Source of the DNA: Cladosporium halotolerans
Taxonomy: Eukaryota
Direction: 5' to 3'
DNA length: 64,000 nt
Assembly (NCBI RefSeq): GCF_011745625.1
Contig: NW_027191453.1
Coordinates: 310,001-374,000 of the forward strand
The position numbers and the translations under genes were made by a program. The notes under the pieces are model-generated. The model was not told the DNA's origin. It saw only the letters and a list, made by a program, of their open reading frames with translations, and ran no database searches. Position 1 is the first letter of the stretch. Each line of letters opens with the position of its first letter. Positions 24,474 to 35,363 of the stretch are shown piece after piece.

Positions 24474-24723
24474 GTACGCGACAGCCCTCCCCTGCCCTTT
24501 GCTCGTGTTTATATCCCCTACCACCGCTCTGCGCGCGTGTGTTGCTGTCGCCGGCGCCGCTCTCTCCGCCGTCCCCTCTCTCCGCGCCCCGGCTGCTCAG
24601 CAACAGCGAGGCCTTCGCTTCCTGCCGCGTGCCCTGAGCCCGACCATGGCTGCTGCTGCGACCACACACCTACACCACGCGCCGCGACACCCGCCCACCA
24701 CCCCGCCAGCTAACAGCGCGTAG
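24474..24723 (+). other. Probable 250-nt 5'-UTR intron of SNF5
   Basis: CAG|GTACGC donor at 24474, GCTAAC branch point at about 24709-24714, TAG acceptor at 24721-24723, about 110 nt upstream of the SNF5 ATG. Confidence 0.6.
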
Positions 24724-24835
24724 ATCCAATTGACGCTGCTCGCTCCATATTGATGCCATAGTCTACGAAAGCCCGCTATCACGCCCTCCCTCCTCGCTCC
24801 TCCGCCTCCTCCAGCCCACCACCTCCCAACAGACC

Positions 24836-27408
24836 ATGTCTGCCTCGGGCACCCCACAACCGCAGGCGCATTACAACGGCCAGCATATGCACAATCAGTG
24901 GAACGGCGCGCAAGCAATGGGTGGTTTGCAGACCCCCAGCAACGACGGCGGCTACGCGCTTGACGCGCAGCCCGGTACAGACGCCTCCGACGCGATTCGC
25001 GAAGGCAAGCAGAAAGCTCGGGAAGCAATGGTCGCCGCTGGAATGGGCAGAGCCAGTACCGGCACGCCCGACACGCAGGCCCAGAATTACCAGACTGGCG
25101 ATGGAAATGCGCAGGTCAATGGCGGCCCTCAGCTCAGCCGGAAAAGGTCGCGCGACGGCACACAGCTACCCAAACAGTCGCGGACGCCCGCCGAACCGGA
25201 GGAGCATCAAAAGGTCTTCGACGATATGCTTCTGGATCGCTACATCCAGCGCGATCTGGTGTACGGAGCCGCGATGAACGGCCAGGCCGACCGTGTACGC
25301 GACCTGGTGAAAAACAAGGAATCCGAGAAAGACTTCTACACGACCGAGGTGCGACATCGAAGGCACATGAACCCTGGATCGATTTTTGGCACTGGCTATC
25401 GGGGATACGGAAATGGAACGACGAACGGCCCCACAAAGATCCTGTACACAAGCCAGCGCGCACCGCCCAAAGGAAGGCATGCGCCTGTGCTGCGCACGAC
25501 CCGCAAAGACAACGAGCAGCAGGCCGAGCAGCATGAGGAGCTTGTGCCCATACGATTGGACCTGGAACTGGACAAGCTTCGATTACGCGACACTTTCACG
25601 TGGAACCTGCACGAGAAGCTGATTACACCGGAGCTATTCATTTCACACTTGATGGAGGACCTCAGCATACCGGATGATGACATGCACAGCAAAGCGCGAC
25701 TGGGACAACAAGTTCACGCGGAAATGAAGGAGCAGATCTTGAACTTTTATCCTCACGTTTTTGTGGACGATGGACCTGTAGAGCCTGGGAGGCCTTACTT
25801 CGAGCACAAAGACGACGAGATGCGGATACAGATCAAGCTGAACATCACCATCGGCCGCATTACCTTGATTGATCAGTTCGAATGGGACATCAACAACCCT
25901 CAGAACCATCCGGAGGAGTTTGCGAAGAATATGGCGTGGGAGAACGCACTCAGTGGGGAGTTCACGACAGCCATTGCGCATTCGATCAGAGAACAGTCGC
26001 AGCTTTACACGAGGAGTCTGTGGCTGACCAACCATATGTTCGACGGCCGGCCAGTTGAAGATCCGGATGTCAGAGACAGCTTCTTGCCCACGCCCATCAA
26101 CACTACCTTCAGGCCGCAGCAAGCTCAGAAAGACTGGATGCCATGGATGTACGAGATGAGCGAAGCCGAACTCGAGCGTACGGAGACGTCCATGTTGCGT
26201 GAGCATAGAGTGCAGAAACGACAGCTGAACAGACGTGGCGGCCCCGCGCTGCCTGATCTCAAGGAGAGGCAGCGTACCGTGCGGTCTTTACTCATCCACA
26301 CTGTCATACCGGGTGCTGTCTCATCGTGGGAGACTACAGGAATCCCCAAGATTCGCCGTGGTGGTCGCAGCGGCCGTCGCGGTGGCGCTCGCGCAGAAGA
26401 GGACATCGATTCGGACGACCTCGACAGCGACCAGTCCGGTCCAGATTCGCCTGCTCCAGCGGGTCTACCCAGTGGCGGCACTGCGCGAACACGTGGAATG
26501 CGCGGGGCCGCCACTGCTGCGCAAGCAGCCATGCGTGCAAACTATGGACGCTCACAAACGCCCGACTCTCAACTCCTGGCTACGCCCCAAGAGACCCGTA
26601 CGGCTGCCAGACGTAGCATGCTGCGTGACGGCAGCGTGGCAGGCGACGACGAGACACTCGTAGTCACGCTCAAGATCGGCCGAGCCAAGTTCAAGAGCTG
26701 GCTGCAAAACTACGAGGCGAAGAAAAAAGCGGCGATGTATCCTCTCTCCGGCTATGCTTCCTTGCCGCCCGCAGTAGCACAGCCCGCTGCGCCCTCACGA
26801 CCAGCCAGAGGCGAGACACCCAGCAAAAACAATGCCCAGAGCACACCTACCATGACTCCCAAACCCCTTCCAACCTCCCGAGGCACGCCTCAAGCAAACG
26901 GCAGCTCAAGCGTCACCCGCGGCCGCAGCTCCAGCCGCCAGCCCAACACAACCTACGACGAGCAAGGCCGCGTCGAAACCGCCAAATGGCCCGACCCCGA
27001 GCCCAAAGATGCCAAAGACTCCAAAGCCGTAAGCCACAATTCCTCGTAAACATTCCCTTGCTCACAAACTAATTGATTCCCCAGCCCGCCCCACCCCCCT
27101 GGCTCCTCGCCGGCGTCGCCACGCTCCGCGGCCGCCACCCGGGCTCCGACTTCTCGCCCCTCATGAAGCCGTACCTCATCTCACGCGACACGGACGACAT
27201 CGTGCGGCCGCCGGAGCCGCCCGTTCCGGGCTCCCGCGCCCCCGAGGGCTCTCGCATCATGTTCCTGCCGCGCATCCGCTGCAACGATTGCCCGGGCAAG
27301 GTCTACACGACGCTGCCGGACAGCATGGTTGAGGACTTTGAGAAGCATTTGAAGAATCGGATGCATAGGGAGAGGGTGCAGGAGAGGAAGAGAGGGGCGG
27401 GCAGGTAG
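24836..27408 (+). CDS. SNF5: SWI/SNF chromatin-remodelling subunit Snf5; exons 24836-27028 and 27085-27408
   Basis: SNF5 repeats EELVPIRLDLE..LRDTFTWNLHE and DEMRIQIKLNITIG..DQFEWDI..EFTTAIAHSIREQ. Intron 27029 GTAAGC..CTAAT..CAG 27084; C-terminal PRIRCNDCPGK..HLKNRMH module. Confidence 0.92.
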
Positions 27409-27992
27409 ATGTCTTTTGTTTCGCAAAGGCTGAGTGAAGTGTTGGATTAGTTGGAAGAAGAGGTTTATTCATTTGGATTGAAGATGGGTCGATGGAGGGG
27501 ACATGGGAACGGAGACGAGAGGTCTCGTGGAAGAGAGAAACTGTACTTCCTGTGTAGTCAAGAGCGTAGAGCCTGTAATTTTCTCTCGACTGTAAAGCTT
27601 GAGTTTCTGTTTTGCCCGTGTTGTGTAGTATTTCAAAGCACGTTCGATGGCTGGATTTGAGGAAAATGGATTTTTGTTGCACATACTGCGATTCGTATGT
27701 GGTACCCCATGATTGTCGTGAGCAGCACAGATATTAAGCCAAGCATCAAATTACCAACGAGCGCGTAGTATCCAGGTATTTTGCATTTTGTCCTCACGTG
27801 GCTCTCCGAACCTAGAGCCCTCGAAGCTGCCGTATTCACATGCCAAACCCCACATGGCAACATTGCCGAGTCCTGCCGCATACTTTCCCATGACCACCTC
27901 TTCCCTCGCCATCCTTTGCGCCGCACCACCCTCTCTCGCCCACGGGCACCCTCACCACCTCAAATCCAGGGGTACCCCATTAACAGCCCGAA

Positions 27993-29714
27993 ATGAATAA
28001 TTCGCAATTCCGCCAACTCATCTCCAGCTCCCCAAACCAACAAACCAACAACAAAAACAACAATGCCTCCTCCACGCCCCGGCCCACAGGCTCCTCAACC
28101 CCCTCGAGCGCAGCCCTCGGCGCCAAAAAATCCAGCTTCATCCCCATGACCCCTCGGTCCCTAGGAGGCGGGTCTTCGGGCGTCGACTTCGCGCGCCAAG
28201 TCCGCGAGCGCAACGCCGCCCTCAACCCGTCCAACCCGTCCAAAAAGTTCAAGTCCTCCGCCCCGAAGGGCGTCAAGTACGGCGCCGGGTACGTCGACCG
28301 GGCCAAAGCGCGCGCGGACGCCGAGAAAGAAGGCGGGGAGGACGATAAGGCTGCTCGCGTCAAAGCGCTCGAGGAGCAGGTGAAGCTGGGCCAGATTCCG
28401 CGGGAGACGTTCGAGGCGCTGCGGGATCGGATTACGGGTGGGGAGGCGGGGGCGACGCATTTGGTCAAGGGGCTGGATTGGGCGCTTTTGGAGAGGGTGA
28501 GGAGGGGGGAGGATGTTATGGGGACTGGGGAGGGCGGCAAGGAGGAGGGAGGGGAGGAGGTGGATGTGGACGATGAGCTGGAGAAGTTGGGCGAGAGGGA
28601 TGTGCAGGCTGTGGAGAGGGAGAAGGTTGCGAAGAAGGGTAATATGGCCCCTCCGCCGCCTGTTGCGGGGAGGAAGAGGACGAGGGATGAGATTATGGCG
28701 GAGTTGAAGGCGCAGAGGCAGGCTGCTGCGGAGGCGAGGATCGCGGCTGAGCCGGTGTTGAACGAGCGCTGGTCCAGGGTTGGGGAGAAAAAGAAGCCGA
28801 AGATTGAGATTGACGAGAAAGGGCGGGAGGTGATGATCACAGTTGATGAGAATGGGAAGGTCAAGAAGCGAGTGCGGAAACAGAAGCCCGCGGAGGTGGA
28901 AGAGGCCAAAGGTGCGATGGGCGCTCCAGACGCGAGTAAGGCCGTGCTTGGAGCCGACGTATCGATACCCGAACCTGCAAAGCAAACCGAAGCAGTTCCC
29001 GAACCGGAAGACGACGAGGACGATGATATCTTCGAAGGAGCTGGAACAGACTACAATCCGCTTGGGAACATGCCCGACGACGACGATAGCGACGATTCTG
29101 ACGATTCCGACTCGGAAACGAGACCGTCGAAGAAGAAGTCGGACACAGCAGAAACCTCTGCCATAGCGCAAGGCACATCAACAAACAAAGAAAGCGACGC
29201 AACTCCCCCCACAGCCGCAAATCCTCCTTCCGCTTCAGCAGATCAGAAACCCGCGCGCCGCAACTACTTCAACGACACCCTCTCAGCAACCTCAGAGGCC
29301 AAACCCGACCACCTCGCAGGCATTCAAGAAGTGCTCAAGAAAGCCGCAAAAATGGACCCTCTCGCATCCGCAAACGACGAAGGAGAGAGCCGAGAAGCCC
29401 GCGAAGCCCGCCTCGCGCGCGAGAAGAAGCGCGCACAGATGCTGGCGAACCAGGACCGCGACTTGGAGGACATGGACATGGGATTCGGCGGGGACCGGTA
29501 CGATGACGAGGGTGAGGATGAAGATGGGAAAAAGGTCAAGCTGGCGGAGTGGAAGGGCGGAAAAGGGGGAGACGACGGATGGGAGGAGGATGGTGCTGAT
29601 GGCAAGGGTGGGGAGAAGAGGAAGCGTAAGCCGAAGAAGAGAAAGGGCGATGCGAGTAATATGAACGATATTATGAGGGTTATTGAGGGGAGAAAGGGGG
29701 GTGAGAAGAAGTGA
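27993..29714 (+). CDS. RED/IK-like spliceosome-associated protein (RED_N domain)
   Basis: MNNSQFRQL, GYVDRAKAR, THLVKGLDWALL and DDDDIFEGAGTDY motifs typical of RED_N proteins; basic NLS-like C-terminus; intronless, 573 aa. Confidence 0.8.
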   Translation: MNNSQFRQLISSSPNQQTNNKNNNASSTPRPTGSSTPSSAALGAKKSSFIPMTPRSLGGGSSGVDFARQVRERNAALNPSNPSKKFKSSAPKGVKYGAGYVDRAKARADAEKEGGEDDKAARVKALEEQVKLGQIPRETFEALRDRITGGEAGATHLVKGLDWALLERVRRGEDVMGTGEGGKEEGGEEVDVDDELEKLGERDVQAVEREKVAKKGNMAPPPPVAGRKRTRDEIMAELKAQRQAAAEARIAAEPVLNERWSRVGEKKKPKIEIDEKGREVMITVDENGKVKKRVRKQKPAEVEEAKGAMGAPDASKAVLGADVSIPEPAKQTEAVPEPEDDEDDDIFEGAGTDYNPLGNMPDDDDSDDSDDSDSETRPSKKKSDTAETSAIAQGTSTNKESDATPPTAANPPSASADQKPARRNYFNDTLSATSEAKPDHLAGIQEVLKKAAKMDPLASANDEGESREAREARLAREKKRAQMLANQDRDLEDMDMGFGGDRYDDEGEDEDGKKVKLAEWKGGKGGDDGWEEDGADGKGGEKRKRKPKKRKGDASNMNDIMRVIEGRKGGEKK

Positions 29715-30277
29715 TGGGGAGACTTCACTTCGCTGCGGGCGAGTGCTGCAAAAGCCGCCCTCAAGACGGCCAGTGGAACGAACCATCCTAATGACACAAC
29801 AAAGAGGTCGGATTGTGAGTTTTCCTCACCGGAAGTACCCTATTCACAAAACAATTTGCAATCGATGAAAAATGGACTGGCTGTCGCAAGTCGCCCATTA
29901 AGCGCCCGCTTAAGCGGTTAGGAGGCTTGAACGTCACTCCTTGACGGCGCCTACACATCCGCTTCAGCATGGCGCTTCAACACCCACTCAAGCCCTCGCA
30001 TCTACCGCGTTGCATATGTTCCTTCATGCTGTGCCACTATACATAGCAGGCATGAGCTGTCGACCTCCGCGCTAAGTTTCGTCAGCTCAAATAGTAACTC
30101 TAATGTTTCGACGGCTTGTGGCGCCTAATGCGGCGTAAATGTACAGATAGGTATTTGAGGTAAGACAACATCACGCATCAAAGTCACATCGATACGAGCA
30201 ACCTTCTGTCATTCTGCTGTCGCATTGGTCTATCACTGAGCACATCAGAAAACATAGAACACATCAAATCAACGACC

Positions 30278-30775
30278 ATGCCACGAACACTCACCCCCAG
30301 AGCTCCAGACGACAGCCCACAATGCACCAACCGCTCCCCGGACCAGATAACAATCTCGCGCCCCACCCTCATCGCCCTCCTCACAACAACATCCCTCCTG
30401 ACCCTCCTCTCCCTCACGCTCCTCGGCCTCCTTGCGCACCGCGCCTGGCTCCGCCGCCGCGAAACCGCCCGCGCGCGCAAGCTCGGCCGCGCCTCGACGT
30501 ACCAGCGGCGCATCTCGGCGCTGCGCAAGGAAGTCGACGCCGAGTACCTGCGGCAGTTCCGCGGGTGTCTGGTCGTCGAGCCGGAGAATCCGTTTCTTAA
30601 AGTGGGGAGTCCGGTGGAGTTGGGGATGGAGGAGAGGGTTGTTGAGGCGCCGGCGGGGGTTGAGGAGGGTGTGCGGAGGGAGGAGAAGAACGGCAAGGAC
30701 GGCGATGATAGGGCACGGAAGGGCAAGTCGCTGCTGTTTGATCAGGCGAGGGGGCTGTGGTTTCATCGGCATTGA
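30278..30775 (+). CDS. Hypothetical small single-pass membrane protein (165 aa)
   Basis: ACC-ATG context; hydrophobic helix PTLIALLTTTSLLTLLSLTLLGLLA followed by basic HRAWLRRR; gene-like codon pattern. No family recognised. Confidence 0.6.
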   Translation: MPRTLTPRAPDDSPQCTNRSPDQITISRPTLIALLTTTSLLTLLSLTLLGLLAHRAWLRRRETARARKLGRASTYQRRISALRKEVDAEYLRQFRGCLVVEPENPFLKVGSPVELGMEERVVEAPAGVEEGVRREEKNGKDGDDRARKGKSLLFDQARGLWFHRH

Positions 30776-30981
30776 GGTGGGGGTTCGGTGGTGGGGTTAT
30801 TTGAGGAGTCGTGTGTGAGATGTTCACCATGTGATACGTCACGTACGTGTGATAGAGGTCAATTTTGACGTTGAGGCTGATGCGTGAGCCAGTCCTGCAA
30901 TACCAGGCTGACGGGAACAGCTCGCGCAGGACGAGGCGCCATGGCGGATGCCGGCAAACGACAAGAACAACAAACATCATC

Positions 30982-31007
30982 AACAACAACAACAACAACA
31001 ACAACAA
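30982..31007. repeat. (AAC)n microsatellite
   Basis: About 8 perfect AAC units. Confidence 0.85.
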
Positions 31008-31099
31008 AGATGTCAAAGACTCTTCCCCTGAGGTCTTGGAGAGGATCTCGCACTGTCCTCGACGCAACTATCGAAGTTTACACAGTCCAGTCCGCCCTT

Positions 31100-32120
31100 G
31101 CCACAGTCACGAGTCTCGGCGCAGCAGGACAGCGATGCCTGCCGCCGCCCGTGTGGCGAGAGCAGAAGCAACAGCAATGCCAGGACCCAGCCTGTGCGCG
31201 AAAGCCCGCGTAGGCGCAAGTCTCGCGCGGTACGTAAAGATGTTGTGGTCGTCGACAATCCCTCCGAACCAGTCGAGGAGTCTCCGACGCGACCTGGCCT
31301 TGCATTCGAAGTCGGAGGAGAATAGATCCAACCTCACGACAACCCCTCCTCGGCCGACTGCCACGCCCGCATCCGAGAGATGTTCCCGGACGTCTACACG
31401 CTCACTATTTACGCCCTATACGCCGGCTTCCGCGATCAAGAACCCCTGCTGTCCCCAAAAGCCCACATGGCCTGCACGCTCGACGAGCTTCTGACCAACC
31501 CGACCCAGCTTCGACGGTGCGGAGACGAGCAAAGCCGGACGAAGCGCACACACTCCGCGAGCCACGAAGCCGGAGCGCCAGACTGGGAGGACGAGGGCCG
31601 AGACGAGCTGCCATGTGGGTGACCTGTGAGCTGCGCTCGATTCTGGAACACGAGTTCCCGCGCGTCGCGCTCGAGGACACGCAGCGTGAGCTGCAGGGGG
31701 GAAGCACTTGTTCGGGGCGTACGTTCGGCTGGTGGTGAGGATGGATGCTGGAGAGCTCGTCTGCGGCGTTCCTTCCTTGGGACTTGACGAGTATAAAGCG
31801 ATTGTGCCCGGCGGTAGAGGAGAACTCCGAGTCCTGGTGCATCCATGATGAATGCGGCGTCGTAAGCTACTGTCGGTATAAAACCAACAGTCACATCCCC
31901 CTTTCACGCGAAGAATATGCGAAGGCCGATCCGACGAGCAATCGTAACCGCCACAAGATCAATGAAGCAATGGTCGCCGCGCTCGTCCGAACCTGCAATG
32001 ACTGTGATAAGGCCGTTCATCAAGGAGGACGGCTGCAGCAAGATGGCCTGCATAAGTTGTGGCAACAAGTAATGTTTGTTCGACGACCCATTGGAGAATT
32101 GCGAGTGAAGGCTTGTACAA
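31100..32120 (+). pseudogene. Decayed RNF216/TRIAD3-like RBR E3 ubiquitin ligase
   Basis: Colinear fragments across frames: CHARIREMFPDV, LEHEFPRV, YKAI/CPAVEENSE.WCIHDECGVVS..HIPLSREE (IBR), RHKINEAMVAALVRTCNDCDK/PFIKEDGCSKMACISCGNK*C (RING2). Frameshifts near 31804 and 32011, stops at 31323 and 32070, RING1 missing. Boundaries approximate. Confidence 0.75.
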
Positions 32121-33629
32121 GGGCGGTGGATGAGTCTTCGGTGTTGTATAATGTGGCCGCTACATCAACTTGGGTGTGCTATCGATAGGTCGATAGTGTA
32201 CTATGTTCGACCTGATGTTTTAGTATCGGGCTGGACGATATTGTTGCGGCTACCATCGCCCTGTATTCTTTTGTTCGCTTCCGATGAGGAAAGTGGATGT
32301 GCCTCTAATAAATCAGCCGTAAGTTGCAAGTGGGTTTTTTGTATGATAATTTAGAATGATTTGGATGTCGCATTTCCTCTGCCATCAGTAAGCACCGGAC
32401 GAGGCGACTAGTGAGTGACAGGATAGGTGAGCACCGAGGTGCATCGCATCTTGTATGTCTCTGCATTTTCTTGTCTTTCGTATTTGTAGCCATTTATCCT
32501 GTCGCTTTCATGATGCAGCACTGAGTCCATACTGTGCGGTTCTACCTTCTGAACCAGCCAGTTGCACGTGAGCCCTAACAGAGCTGAAGTCGAGGCGCAC
32601 GTGACGGGTCTTCAGCTGTAGCCAAGCCTTTACAATACAGCAAATACGCTGGACACTGAGACCGGCTTCACGACATTAACGCGACAGCTCATCAATCTCT
32701 GCCTCGTATCTCACCCTCGCAAGATCTCATCTCATCTCACGGCATCGCCCGCACCCGGTCCCTCGGCTCGGTGCCCTTCCTGTTTCGACGCTGCGCCCGC
32801 CGGTTCGGCAAGCCGAGCGCAGGCTGGCAGCGGCGCGCCCGGGAAACACAGCTGGTGTGCTCGGAAACGCGCTGCGAAATGGCAGGTCGGGCGGGCCTCC
32901 CAAGATCTGGCGCGGCGGAGCGGGACCGAGCATCGCCGTCGCGAGATCTCGGTACGCGCGCCCAGCAATGGCTGGCAACGGCGACGTCCCAGCTGCGGAT
33001 CGGGCTCCGATGCTGCAGCGGTGGAGTTTAAGCAACGGCCGGCCGCGGTCGGCAGTTGGCTGCTGCGAGGCAGGGCGGCGGCGGCTCAGACATTGTCGTC
33101 TGATGGCCGGCGAGGGGGCAGAGTTGGGAGGTCGTCGCCGAGGGAGCCCGGGAGGCCGCAGGCGGGAGATGCTAGCTCCCGACCGCCGCGCTGGCGGGCG
33201 CTGGAGCTCGATAGGCTCGCGGGCGCGCGATGCGCGATTGCCCAGACGCCTGGTGTTTGGGCCCGCCGGGGTGGGAACTTGGAAGTGGTGGTCGGCGGCG
33301 GAGGGGCGGAGGGGCGGGCGAGGTCGAGTGCCAGGCCGGGCCGATGGAGCCCTGGGTTTGCCCCGGCGCGCGGCCCCGCGAGCCGGTGGAGCGCCCGAGG
33401 GCGAGGCGCCTGGGTTTGCGAGAGTGACAGGCGGATGAGCCTCCCGCGGCGCGCGCCGGGCCCTGTGTAGCGCCTGCGCGACATCACGCCGCGGGGGGAT
33501 CTGGCGAGGACAGATCGCCGGCGCCGTTTGGAGGCGCGTGCCCGGCGACTCTGCGACGCTGTGACGCTGTCTGCTCCTTCAGCGCCGCTTGGCGTGGTTG
33601 GACGCGATGCAGCCCGCATCTCGCGCGCG

Positions 33630-33655
33630 TGGCAGGTGGCAGGTGGCAGGTGGCA
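33630..33655. repeat. (TGGCAGG) tandem repeat, about 3.7 copies
   Basis: tggcaggtggcaggtggcaggtggca. Confidence 0.8.
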
Positions 33656-35334
33656 CATGTGGCCTGCTTGTGCTGAGGGTGGTCAGTCGAATGGCGCGCG
33701 TCACAGCGCGGCGGGAGACATCTCGCGCGCATCTCACGCCAATGTCGCAAGATCGAAAGCTTCTCGCACGAAACTCGCGGTCCTGCCTCCCTAGCTTCGC
33801 GCCGCACCCTCTCCTCCGGGTCCATCGAGAGGGCCCGGTGCCGCGGCGAGCTCCGTGGGAGCGGTGACGGAGTGCTGGGAACGCGGATCAGCCTGGCCAG
33901 ACCGGCTTAGCACTGTCTAGCAGAGGCAGCCTATATCAAATCACACTCGCATGTAACCTCGCCCGCAATCCCGTCGTCAACGGTGACGACACGCGCGAGA
34001 CCATGCACGTTGACGCACGCCCGCAATCATCAGCGCCAGCCGCGCCAGCCCTGGACTCCACCGCCTGGTTGTCCAACCACGCCCAGCATGCCTAAATCAG
34101 GCATTCGCACGGCAACGTCGCTAACAAGACAAGACGCCTGTCAAAAACCGCCCGCCCGAGACACGGCTTGCCCGCGTGCATGCGCGAAGGGCGGTGTCGC
34201 GTCCAACCACATCACGTGCTTCCCCGTGATCAGATCCGTCATCACCCGCAATGCCTCCATGTCACCTCGTCTCGTCTCTCCTCAACTGATCAATTCGCCC
34301 CCACCTCGCCCGTCCAACCACAACCCACCAGCACGGAACCTCAGCCGCCCCACACCCGCCCCGCCCGCAAGCCACCATCTCCACCCCGCGGGACCCTCTC
34401 GTGCTGCCCTAATCTGCCTACACCGGCACTACTGGACGCATGTACTGTACAGCTTCATCAGAGTTATGTTGGCGCTCCAATAGCCCAGGGCCGGAGTTTC
34501 ATCCGTTCACTCGCGGGTTGGAAGTGAGAGGCGAGCGCGGCCTCTCCCGCTCGTATTGAGTTCGCAAGCGCGGGCGTCTTGCGACTTCATGGACCCTTGT
34601 GCTTGTAAACACCGCTACCTGTAGTGTCACGAGCGCTGGGGACGGCGCGGAGAATTTGATAGGAGAGCAGGAGGACGCGAGATCTTAGTCACGGACTGTG
34701 CTGTATGTACCTGAGCGAGGTACCTACCTTACGCTCCTCGCGTTTCCCATCCCGCGGGCCTGCGCGCCTGCTGGAACCCGGTGCTGAGAACTGTCCTGTA
34801 GTAGGTAGGTACCTCCTGTAGGCAAACTTTCCCGTCGGCGTCCTCCCTGCTCGCCAACCCGCGTGAACTCCTCAGTGCTCCTCAGGAAGAAATTCCAGAC
34901 GCACCCTGCCTGTGTTTATGACTCGACACAAAACCTGCATCTCCCCAAACCCCCAAAAGAAACCCCATCCCATCAAGCGCCGCACCCGCCAGCAAAGCCC
35001 ATCCCATCCCATCCCATCCCATCCCGCAGAACCGCCGGCCAGGCTCCAGCAACCATCCACGCATGCAGCGCCAAGCGCACCTGCGCCCGCCCGCCCGTCC
35101 GCAGCCCCGGTTCTGGCGCTCTGCATGCCCAGCTACCTTAGCACCCTCGTATTCTGGCGCGTGGGATTTTTTGTGTGAGACGTTTGCAGGTTTTCCTTTT
35201 CTTGGGAGCGCCGGGGTGTTGGGGACTGGGATCTGGGGTTTGGGACAAGGGGTGCAAGATTGCGCCGCGCGCCTGCGGGCATCTGACATCGATCGTAATG
35301 TGAGACGGGTCGTGATCGATCGCGATAACTGGAG

Positions 35335-35363
35335 GATTGATTGATTGATTGATTGATTGATTG
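35335..35363. repeat. (GATT)n microsatellite
   Basis: Seven GATT units. Confidence 0.85.

Noticed and set aside
30865..31494. 209-aa ORF with poly-Asn as an intact gene
   Set aside because: Runs through an AAC microsatellite and out of frame over the RBR pseudogene remnants.
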